In this document: in pieces, positions 56,475 to 64,000 of the stretch
Layout of the letters: each line of letters begins with the position of its first letter
Numbering within the stretch: position 1 is the stretch's first letter
Source of the DNA: Bacilli bacterium
Lineage (GTDB): Bacteria > Bacillota_I > Bacilli_A > RF39 > UBA660
NCBI GenBank assembly: GCA_900768345.1
Contig: CAAGCO010000007.1
Coordinates: 64,953 to 128,952, forward strand
DNA length: 64,000 bases
Direction of reading: 5' to 3'
The notes under the pieces: generated by a model
What the model was told of the DNA's origin: nothing
The model's database searches: none
The model's input: the letters and a program-made list of their open reading frames with translations, nothing else
Position numbers and translations under genes: made by a program

Positions 56475-58136
56475 ATGTCAATAACAAATGCTAGACAAAT
56501 ATTAGGATTTGATTTGAATACAATATTAACATTAGAAGCAATTACTAAAAGATATAGACAATTAGTAAAGGAATTCCATCCAGATAAACATCCAGGATGC
56601 AGTGATGTTGAACTTCAACATTATCATCAAAAAACAATAGATATTAATAATGCTTATGATTATTTAAAGGTTAATATATCTAGAGTTAATGATTGTGTTA
56701 ATAGTAAAAAAGATCCTTTTGATGATTTTCAAACTATATTTTTCTATTCAAGACGTTCTAAAGCTGATCAACAAGCACGTAGTATATTTGAAAACGCTAA
56801 AGATAGTAAATTAAAACAAGAAATAAATAATTTATATAATAAAGTAAATATTAATAATGCTCAAAATGATAGTGCTTTATCTAAAGCATGTGATGAATTT
56901 GCCAGAGGTGTTACATTAATATATCATAATTATGAAACTAGATTTCGTATGGAAAGAGGTATTCCAAATTCATTTAAGTTTGATGTTAAATATCAATTTG
57001 ATGTTGATACTTTCTTAAATAGTTTAGAAAAAATGGCTATAGAAAGAAAAAAAGAATTAGTAAATAAGATTGAAGATATATTTGATGCTGCTTTAATAGA
57101 TGAATCTATAAAAAGTTCTAAATCATTTAATGCTTTTATTAATGAATATTATAAATTACTTTGGAATTCAAGAATAACTGAAAGTGAAGAACAAAGAATA
57201 TTCGATGAAATAAATACTAAAGTAATTAGAATGGTTGATTATTTTGAAACTCGTAAGAAAGATTATTTAAAAATTAAAAAACAAATAAGTAAATTACCAG
57301 AAACATTTGAAAATAATAAATATTCTAGAGATGCTATGTTAAGGGAATTAGATGATAGTATTATAAATCGTACTTTTACTAGTACAACTAAAAGAATTCA
57401 AGAAATTATTGATATGTATACTACTAAGAAAAGATATATCAATAAAATGCGTATGGCTTTAACTTTAAAATCAAAAGTTAGTTTATTAAGATTAGATCCT
57501 AACAAAGATAAAGATAAAATTGAATATATATTAGAGATTTTAGAGGTTGCTCAAAAAGTATTAGATGATGCTTTAGAAGGTAAATATTCAGTACCTCAAA
57601 TATCAATATTACAAGATTTATCATTAAGTGATACAAGAAAAGATGAATTATTATTAGCTATATTTGCTCGTGAAGAATATAATGTATTCTTATCATTTAA
57701 TAAAGATAATACTAAAAAAGAAGATCCTTTTGTACTTGGTAATCCAGAAATAGACCAATACTTAAGTTTATCTGATTGTGGTATGAATATGAATATTAAT
57801 TCTAAAGAAGAAATATCTAAAGATGTTAGATTAATGCCACTTAGTTTATTTGTTAAATACGGTAATGCAGTAAATGTTACTACTAGAAGAAAAAATGGTT
57901 ATGAAACAATTTTATGTCAATATAACGGATATGAGTTAGTTTATGTTCATGAATATAAGACAAACTTTGGTTATTATTATTTAAGAGAAAAAACAGTTAA
58001 TTATTGCAATAGTGGTAGTAGAGAAGACTTATTAAAAGCTTTAGAAGATGATGTAAGTGCAATGTTTGCTGAACATATAGATAGAATTAATAAGAGTGAT
58101 AAACTTAGAAGAACTTTAGAAGTTAAAAGTAAATAG
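56475..58136 (+). CDS. J-domain protein with a C-terminal region of about 480 aa of unknown function
   Basis: The N-terminal J domain carries an HPD motif (YRQLVKEFHPDKHPG). No other recognisable motifs were found. A terminator lies at 58136-58163. Confidence 0.55.
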   Translation: MSITNARQILGFDLNTILTLEAITKRYRQLVKEFHPDKHPGCSDVELQHYHQKTIDINNAYDYLKVNISRVNDCVNSKKDPFDDFQTIFFYSRRSKADQQARSIFENAKDSKLKQEINNLYNKVNINNAQNDSALSKACDEFARGVTLIYHNYETRFRMERGIPNSFKFDVKYQFDVDTFLNSLEKMAIERKKELVNKIEDIFDAALIDESIKSSKSFNAFINEYYKLLWNSRITESEEQRIFDEINTKVIRMVDYFETRKKDYLKIKKQISKLPETFENNKYSRDAMLRELDDSIINRTFTSTTKRIQEIIDMYTTKKRYINKMRMALTLKSKVSLLRLDPNKDKDKIEYILEILEVAQKVLDDALEGKYSVPQISILQDLSLSDTRKDELLLAIFAREEYNVFLSFNKDNTKKEDPFVLGNPEIDQYLSLSDCGMNMNINSKEEISKDVRLMPLSLFVKYGNAVNVTTRRKNGYETILCQYNGYELVYVHEYKTNFGYYYLREKTVNYCNSGSREDLLKALEDDVSAMFAEHIDRINKSDKLRRTLEVKSK

Positions 58137-58191
58137 AATGGATTTAAATTCCATTCTTTTTTTGTTATAATGTTTAATGATTGGAGTAGTT

Positions 58192-58875
58192 ATGGATCAA
58201 GAGAAGATTGGAAAATTTATTAGAGAGCTTAGAAAAAATAACAATTTAACTCAAAATGATTTAGCTCTTAAATATGGAGTGACTTATCAAGCTGTAAGTA
58301 AATGGGAAAATGGTAGAAATATACCTGATATTTCTATTCTTAAACAAATGAGTAAAGACTTTAATATAAATATAGATGATTTACTTGATGGAGAAAATAA
58401 AAGTAAAAAGAATAATAAATATTATATTCCTATTATTATAGTTTTAATTGCTTTATTATGTGTGTTAATAAGTCTTATATTTTTTCATAAAGAAAAATTT
58501 GAATTTAAGACTTTAAGTGCTGCTTGTAAGAATTTTACTATTTCAGGAAGTATTGCTTATAATAAAGATAAATCTTCTATATATATTTCTAATGTTAAAT
58601 ATTGTGGAGGAGATGATAATATCATTTATGATAGTATTGAATGTATATTATTTGATTCTCATAATGGAGTTATTACTAAAATAAGTGAATACTCAAAACA
58701 AAAGAATGTTACTCTTGAAGAATATTTACATGAAATAGAATTTGTAGTTGATGATTATGAATCTAATTGTAAGAATTATACTAATAATCATATATATATT
58801 GAAATACTTGCTAAAAAAGATGGAAATACTACAACATATAAAATTCCTTTAACTTTAACTAGTTGTAATAAATAA
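58192..58875 (+). CDS. Membrane-tethered XRE-family HTH regulator with an extracytoplasmic C-terminal domain
   Basis: The HTH reads LTQNDLALKYGVTYQAVSKWENGRN. A TM helix (YIPIIIVLIALLCVLISLIFF) is followed by a Cys-containing domain of about 130 aa. Confidence 0.55.
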   Translation: MDQEKIGKFIRELRKNNNLTQNDLALKYGVTYQAVSKWENGRNIPDISILKQMSKDFNINIDDLLDGENKSKKNNKYYIPIIIVLIALLCVLISLIFFHKEKFEFKTLSAACKNFTISGSIAYNKDKSSIYISNVKYCGGDDNIIYDSIECILFDSHNGVITKISEYSKQKNVTLEEYLHEIEFVVDDYESNCKNYTNNHIYIEILAKKDGNTTTYKIPLTLTSCNK

Positions 58876-58961
58876 CTCAACCTTAAGTTTAGATACTAAA
58901 CTTAAAATTTATAGTAATTTTTATAAAAATATATTAAAATGATAATGTAAGGATGTGGATT

Positions 58962-59585
58962 ATGAAGAAAAAAGTAGATAAGAAGAATAAAACATTATAT
59001 ACCGTTATTGGAATAGTAGTTTTAGTCTTAGCATGTAGTATCGGATTCTATAAAGTATTCACAAGTATAGAAAATAAAGAAACAGATGCTGAAAAATTCG
59101 CTAGTGAATATTCTATTGATAATGATAATGTATTTGTTTATAGAACACTTGAAGAAATAAATAAAATACTTAAAAATGGTACTGGAATTGTGTATTTGGG
59201 TTTTCCTGAATGTCCTTGGTGTAAAGCATATGTTCCTTATTTGAGTGAAGTTGCTAAAAAGGCAAAGTTAGATAAAATATATTATTTTAATATTTTAAAA
59301 GATAGAAAGAATAATACTGATAATTATAAGAAAACTGTTGAATTATTAAAAGATTATTTAAAATATGATGATGAAGGAAATAAGAGAATTTATGTGCCTG
59401 CTGTTATAGCTGTTAATAAAGGTAAAATTGTTGGCTTTGATGATGAAACATCTTATGATACTAAAGGATATGAAAAGCCTGAGGATTATTGGAAAAATGA
59501 AGATTTGGATGGTCTTAAGAATAGATTATCTAAAATGATTAATGATGTTTCTTTTGATTATTGTACAACTGATTGTAATAAGTAA
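58962..59585 (+). CDS. Membrane-anchored thioredoxin-fold protein (CPWC active site)
   Basis: It has an N-terminal TM helix and the motif GFPECPWCKAY. A terminator lies at 59586-59612. Confidence 0.5.
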   Translation: MKKKVDKKNKTLYTVIGIVVLVLACSIGFYKVFTSIENKETDAEKFASEYSIDNDNVFVYRTLEEINKILKNGTGIVYLGFPECPWCKAYVPYLSEVAKKAKLDKIYYFNILKDRKNNTDNYKKTVELLKDYLKYDDEGNKRIYVPAVIAVNKGKIVGFDDETSYDTKGYEKPEDYWKNEDLDGLKNRLSKMINDVSFDYCTTDCNK

Positions 59586-59631
59586 CTATTAATTTAGTTA
59601 CTTTTTTGTTATTATAAAATAGAGGTGACTT

Positions 59632-60414
59632 ATGAAATTAAAGAATAAAGTATGTGTAGTAACAGGTGGTGCTATGGGAAATGGTCTTGGAATAGTTAAA
59701 GTATTTTTAAAATATGGAGCTAAAGTATCTATTATTGATTATGATGAGTCAGTAAGTGCTATAGTGGCTAAACTTAATAATGAAGGATATGATGTTATAG
59801 GTTTTCATGCTGATATAAGAGATAAATATAAAGTAAATGAAGCTATAGAGAAGACTAAAGAAATATTTGGTAATATAGATGTACTTGTTAATAATGCTGG
59901 AGTTGCTAAAATAGAAAATTTTATGGATATGAGTGATGAAGTTAGAGATTTTCATTTTGATGTTAATATAAAAGGTACTTGGAATGTAACTAAATCATGT
60001 CTTAAATATTTTAATGATAATGGTAGTATTGTTAATTTATCTAGTGTTACTGGACCTATGGTAGCTGATACTGGAGAATGTGCTTATGCGACTACCAAGG
60101 CTGCATTAATAGGATTTACTAAAGGTTTAGCAATGGAACTAGTTAGTAGAAATATAAGAGTAAATGCTATAATGCCAGGATATATAATGACACCAATGGT
60201 AGATGGTATTGCAAAAGATTCTAATAGTGAAGACCCAAAAAGTGTTATAGAAGGAATTAGAATAGGTATTCCAATGAAGAGACTTGGAACTATAGAAGAG
60301 TTAGGAGAACTAGCTGCTTTTCTTGCAAGTGATGAAGCAAGCTATATAACAGGACAAGGAATAGTAATAGATGGTGGAAGTACACTTCCTGAAACTATGA
60401 GTGTTGGAGTATAG
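59632..60414 (+). CDS. SDR-family oxidoreductase
   Basis: The cofactor motif is VVTGGAMGNGLG. NNAG is present, and the catalytic motif is YATTKAALIGFTK (YxxxK). A terminator lies at 60424-60470. Confidence 0.75.
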   Translation: MKLKNKVCVVTGGAMGNGLGIVKVFLKYGAKVSIIDYDESVSAIVAKLNNEGYDVIGFHADIRDKYKVNEAIEKTKEIFGNIDVLVNNAGVAKIENFMDMSDEVRDFHFDVNIKGTWNVTKSCLKYFNDNGSIVNLSSVTGPMVADTGECAYATTKAALIGFTKGLAMELVSRNIRVNAIMPGYIMTPMVDGIAKDSNSEDPKSVIEGIRIGIPMKRLGTIEELGELAAFLASDEASYITGQGIVIDGGSTLPETMSVGV

Positions 60415-60614
60415 TTACTTTTTATAGAAAAAGAGGATTATAGTTGATTTCTATAATCCTTTGGCTTTTTAATATTCAGAAACTTATTTATAATGTTTAT
60501 TTAATTGTAATTTCAATTATCAAGAAATATATAGTTTATGCATGTAAAGCTTGATTTTGCTTGATTTTTAGTATCATTTATGATATAATATGCGCAATAT
60601 TAAGGGGGATAAAG

Positions 60615-61550
60615 ATGATTAATATTAAATTTAAAAATGAAAAAAGTTTATTTATAGGAGGAGACGATGTTGCTGTAAAAGCAGATCGTGTTATTAAAAA
60701 AATTGAAAAGTATATTCGCAAAGGAAGATGTGCTAAAGCTGATAAAACTGATGATGGTTATAATTTTAACATATTAGATTATGACTATTCTTATCAAGAT
60801 TATCATATAGAAGTAGGAGAACATACTAATAGTGAATATGCTCGTGAATCTGAAAGACTTTATAAACTTGCTAATACTAAAGAGATGAAAAAGAAATTTA
60901 TTAAAACTGAGAAAGATATTTATACAAAACCTTCAAAGATTTTTAAGAGAAATTTTAGCGAATTATTTGATGGTTATTCTGATCTTTTTATACTTACTTT
61001 GAGTGCATCTGCAATTTTATCACTTTTCTTAACACTTCCTGTTGGTATTTGTTTTGATTTTTCTCTACCTGTTAGTATGCTTATATCTGGTTCACCACTT
61101 ATTGCTCAACTTTCAACATTTCTTGCTGGTATACCACTTGTAAATACAATTAAAGAGTTAAAGCAAAATAAAAAGTCAAAGAAAAAAGATGATGAAGTAC
61201 CTGGATCTGATAAAGAAGAAAAGGCAACTGTTAAAAAAGTTAATTTAATGGAACCTAATAAAATTAAAGGCTTAGATGATATTAAAGAGATATCTGTTGT
61301 TAAAAATAATTCTCAAGAGATGCTTGCAAAAACTCGTAAACAAAAAGCAATCATTTTATTCTTAAAAAACAAATATAGAGAGTTAGATGAAAGAAGAATA
61401 GAACTTATTAATAATAGGGGCTCTAATGAAGAAATTATTCAAGTTGTTAATGAAATGAATGCATTAGCTTATAAAGCAAATACTATAATACCTAGTTCTA
61501 CTTTAGAAGAAGTTGTTGAAGAAAAGCCAATGTGTCTTGAATTAAAATAA
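60615..61550 (+). CDS. Hypothetical membrane protein
   Basis: An AAGGGGGA Shine-Dalgarno sits in front of the ATG at 60615. It has central TM helices and a Lys-rich linker. The TTG 'start' at 60561 in the ORF track is the promoter -35 hexamer. Confidence 0.4.
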   Translation: MINIKFKNEKSLFIGGDDVAVKADRVIKKIEKYIRKGRCAKADKTDDGYNFNILDYDYSYQDYHIEVGEHTNSEYARESERLYKLANTKEMKKKFIKTEKDIYTKPSKIFKRNFSELFDGYSDLFILTLSASAILSLFLTLPVGICFDFSLPVSMLISGSPLIAQLSTFLAGIPLVNTIKELKQNKKSKKKDDEVPGSDKEEKATVKKVNLMEPNKIKGLDDIKEISVVKNNSQEMLAKTRKQKAIILFLKNKYRELDERRIELINNRGSNEEIIQVVNEMNALAYKANTIIPSSTLEEVVEEKPMCLELK

Positions 61551-61599
61551 ATATTTATTCTTTAATTAATTTGACAATATATAAAATATATATTATAAT

Positions 61600-61850
61600 T
61601 TACTCGTAAATTGTTGATTTGGAAGAGTAGGTATATGATTCTTTATAGAAAGTGACTGGTTGATGGGAAGTCATAAGATTGATTATATTGAATGGGCCAA
61701 TGAAAGATTATCTGAAATAGTAGTAGGATAATACGAAGTACTCATCTTCGTTAACAAAAGGACTATATGATGGTATAGGTAATAAGCTATTTTAGGTGGC
61801 AATAGTAAGAATTTATAATCTTATCCTAGTTTAGGATAAGATTTTTTTAT
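61600..61850 (+). promoter_or_regulatory. Structured leader upstream of trpS with a terminator hairpin; possible T-box riboswitch with a Trp UGG specifier
   Basis: The untranslated leader is about 250 nt. A terminator (ATCTTATCCTAG-ttt-AGGATAAGAT followed by TTTTTTT) lies at 61818-61848. A T-box-like GGTGGCAA sits just upstream, and UGG-containing loops are present (GAUGGGAAG, AAUGGGCC). Confidence 0.4.
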
Positions 61851-61953
61851 TAGAGGTGTGAAATGATAAAATATTATGAGGGATTTCGATGGTGTTAAAT
61901 ATTAGCTAATAAAAATAAAATAGAAAATATTAATATTTAAGGGAGATGAAATT

Positions 61954-63036
61954 ATGAAAGAAAAATATATAGCTTTAACAGGAGATAGACCTACAGGTCC
62001 ATTACATATTGGACACTATGTTGGGTCACTTAGAAAGCGTGTAGAAATACAAAATAGTGGAAACTATAATCAATTTGTTATGATTGCGGATTTACAAGCA
62101 CTTACAGATAATGCAGATAATCCAGAAAAGATTCGTGAAAATGTAATGGAGGTAATGCTTGATTATTTGGCTGTAGGTTTAGAACCAGATAAAACAACAT
62201 TTTTATTACAAAGTGAAATACCAGCTTTATATGAACTTCCAATGTTATACTCAAATTTAGTAACAGTAGCTAGACTTCAAAGAAATCCAACTATTAAAAA
62301 TGAAATTAAACTTAGAAATTTTGAAAATAATTTACCAGTAGGATTCTTTACTTATCCGATTAGTCAGGCTGCTGATATAACTGCTTTTGGTGCTAAATAT
62401 GTACCAGTTGGAGATGATCAACTTCCAATGATAGAACAAACTCGTGAAATAGTTAATTCATTTAATAGAATATATAAAACAGATACTTTAGTTTTACCTG
62501 AAGCAATACTTCCTGATAATGAAAAATGTTTAAGACTTCCTGGCACAGATGGAAATGCTAAGATGAGCAAATCTCTTGGTAATTGTATATATCTAAAAGA
62601 TTCAAGTGAGGAAATTAAAAGAAAAGTAATGAGTATGTATACTGATCCAAATCATATTAAAGTAGAAGATCCAGGAGATACTAAAAATAATACAGTATTT
62701 ATATACTTGGAAGCATTTGCAACAGAAGAACACTTTAAGAAATATTTACCAGAATATAAGAATCTTGATGAGTTAAAAGCACACTATGAACGTGGTGGTT
62801 TAGGAGATATGAAAGTTAAGAGATTCTTAAATGACGTTATGCAAGAAGTAATGGAACCAATTAGAACAAGACGTGAAGACTATGAAAAACGTAAACCTGA
62901 AGTATTTGAAATGCTAAGACAAGGTACATTAAGGGCAATTGAACATTCAAATAAAATACTTAATAAAGTTAAAAGTGATATAGGTATTAATTATTTTGAA
63001 GATGAAGAATTTAAAAATAAGTTTATAAATAATTAA
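61954..63036 (+). CDS. trpS: Tryptophan--tRNA ligase
   Basis: HIGH-class motifs are present (TGPLHIGHYVGSL; KMSKSLGN). The protein is 360 aa. Confidence 0.9.
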   Translation: MKEKYIALTGDRPTGPLHIGHYVGSLRKRVEIQNSGNYNQFVMIADLQALTDNADNPEKIRENVMEVMLDYLAVGLEPDKTTFLLQSEIPALYELPMLYSNLVTVARLQRNPTIKNEIKLRNFENNLPVGFFTYPISQAADITAFGAKYVPVGDDQLPMIEQTREIVNSFNRIYKTDTLVLPEAILPDNEKCLRLPGTDGNAKMSKSLGNCIYLKDSSEEIKRKVMSMYTDPNHIKVEDPGDTKNNTVFIYLEAFATEEHFKKYLPEYKNLDELKAHYERGGLGDMKVKRFLNDVMQEVMEPIRTRREDYEKRKPEVFEMLRQGTLRAIEHSNKILNKVKSDIGINYFEDEEFKNKFINN

Positions 63037-63073
63037 AAATATAGTATTATATATTTATAGTAGGGTGATAAAT

Positions 63074-64000
63074 ATGTTTGATATATTTAAGAAAACTGAG
63101 GAAGATAAAAGACAAGAAAAAACTGATAAAATAGAAAGATTTTTTGCAGCTGATATGTGTGTTAAAAAAGATATGCATTCTTTAGTACCAACTGATGCTG
63201 ATTTATATACGATGGATGCTATGGTTGAGTATATGGACATGCTATATAGAGGCCTTAAAGATTTAAGAACTGAATTTAAATTTATGGGAAGAAATATAGA
63301 TTTAGGAAAAGATACTTTAGGGAAAATGGATGCCTTTTTTAAAGGCCTTATTGATGAATCAGTTAATCTTAGATATGATCCGTCTACTATAAAAAGATTT
63401 TTCAATGATAAAATATCTTATATGAGAGAAGAATTTGTTAAAGATGTTAAAATGAATTTTGCGGGTTATACTTCTTTTGCAAGTGTTGATAGTTATTTAG
63501 GAAATTGTACTACTGTAAATGAAGTTTTGCATTTACTTCATATGTACGTTTCTAATAATGAAGAGATTTTACATTCATTGAATGTAATTGATAGTAGAGA
63601 TATAGCAGGGTATTCATTAACTCTATATGGTAAACCTAGTCCTGATACTAAAGAAATATTTGATTCTTTTCCAAGTAATACGGGAAGTGGAGATACTGAT
63701 TTAATAGGACTTCCAAGTGTTAATAAATCACTTATGATGATAAGAGATAAAGGACATGCATTAAGCATTGAAATTACTTATGAAGAGGAAAATGCAGTTG
63801 TTGAGTATTTTATTCCTAAATTATGTAATATAGATATGGTAAATGCACTTCCTGGTGTTATTAAAGTAAATGAAGATACTCCAATAAATGTTGGCACAAC
63901 TGGAAGATTTGTTGTTAGTAAAAAAGAATTACCTTTGATGCTTGGAGATTTTGTATCAAAAGTTCCTACTGATGCAGATATGCCAAAGTTTAATTATGAT
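63074..64000 (+). CDS. Hypothetical protein; the 3' end is outside the window
   Basis: An AGGGTGA Shine-Dalgarno sits in front of the ATG at 63074. The frame is open for 309 codons to the window edge. It is not in the ORF track because it lacks a stop; the two antisense ORFs listed there are likely spurious. Confidence 0.5.
   Translation, partial: MFDIFKKTEEDKRQEKTDKIERFFAADMCVKKDMHSLVPTDADLYTMDAMVEYMDMLYRGLKDLRTEFKFMGRNIDLGKDTLGKMDAFFKGLIDESVNLRYDPSTIKRFFNDKISYMREEFVKDVKMNFAGYTSFASVDSYLGNCTTVNEVLHLLHMYVSNNEEILHSLNVIDSRDIAGYSLTLYGKPSPDTKEIFDSFPSNTGSGDTDLIGLPSVNKSLMMIRDKGHALSIEITYEEENAVVEYFIPKLCNIDMVNALPGVIKVNEDTPINVGTTGRFVVSKKELPLMLGDFVSKVPTDADMPKFNYD

Noticed and set aside
60561-60614. The TTG-initiated N-terminal extension (MIFSIIYDIICAILRGIK) of the 60561 ORF.
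   Set aside because: The TTG is the -35 hexamer (TTGATT) of the promoter, and TATAAT lies at 60584-60589 inside the putative extension. The real start is the ATG at 60615, which follows an AAGGGGGA Shine-Dalgarno.
2146-63768. Many short ORFs in the six-frame track that lie antisense to or nested within long, well-supported genes. Examples: 2146-2382(-), 2314-2577(+), 6314-6538(-), 6605-6820(-), 9277-9615(-), 9754-9936(-), 14545-14757(-), 17575-17766(-), 18706-18960(+), 19874-20272(+), 22534-22734(+), 25247-25525(-), 26183-26371(-), 26549-26734(-), 26948-27157(-), 29953-30162(+), 32203-32397(-), 34319-34519(-), 38796-38990(-), 41939-42142(-), 42242-42610(-), 45189-45380(-), 52022-52213(+), 52176-52403(-), 54646-54870(-), 59749-59955(-), 63055-63405(-), 63538-63768(-).
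   Set aside because: They overlap strongly supported genes on the other strand or frame. Their translations are Ile/Phe/Leu/Ser-rich low-complexity, which is typical of AT-rich antisense frames. They lack convincing Shine-Dalgarno sequences. They are treated as spurious.

Overview
This is a very AT-rich, Clostridium-like (spore-former) chromosomal segment dominated by cell-envelope genes. All gene calls rest on motifs read by eye from the ORF translations; no database search was possible.

Gene content from start to end:
- 0-7 kb: a Gram-positive Tad/Flp-type (type IVc) pilus locus. It has two CpaB-like proteins, a TadA/CpaF ATPase, TadB/TadC platform proteins, a candidate Flp pilin with its own strong promoter, a TadE-like pseudopilin, and a TadZ/CpaE-like protein with a degenerate P-loop. 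A small two-TM protein follows.
- 7-13 kb: an LtaS-family synthase, two membrane-anchored unknowns, and an MBOAT + DHHW acylation pair.
- About 13.0 kb and again at about 45.7 kb: two copies of a candidate type I toxin-antitoxin module. Each has a 22-29 aa hydrophobic peptide on the minus strand and a conserved, convergent plus-strand hairpin RNA of about 70 nt.
- 13.3-18 kb: a suf operon (sufC, short sufD, sufS, sufU, sufB) led by a CsoR/RcnR-family repressor gene. A C-tract palindrome sits in the promoter spacer.
- 18-25 kb, minus strand: an LCP protein, a cadherin-like surface protein, an SH3b protein with a putative wall-hydrolase domain that ends in a type-I dockerin, and a duplicated-domain membrane protein.
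- 24.9-45.5 kb: a roughly 20 kb anionic-polymer (teichoic-acid-like) cluster.
  - Polymer synthesis genes: TagO/WecA, a second GpsA, a GT2 protein, three TagF/TagB-family CDP-alditol phosphotransferases, an IspD/TarI-like cytidylyltransferase plus an SDR, and a polysaccharide deacetylase.
  - Modification genes: a dlt-like module in the unusual order A-C-B-D, an Sfp-type PPTase and a hexapeptide acyltransferase.
  - Export and tail genes: TagGH, then an FAD-dependent oxidoreductase and a HAD hydrolase.
- 46-64 kb: rpsP and a KH protein, a gerA-C-B germination receptor operon (minus strand), a metallophosphoesterase, and a leader-peptide/terminator attenuator in front of an ABC exporter.
- The same stretch then carries cotE, a DHH phosphoesterase, a large J-domain protein, a membrane-tethered XRE regulator, a CPWC thioredoxin-like protein, an SDR, a leader-controlled trpS and a 3'-truncated ORF.

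No rRNA, tRNA or CRISPR array, and no obvious transposase or integrase, were seen.
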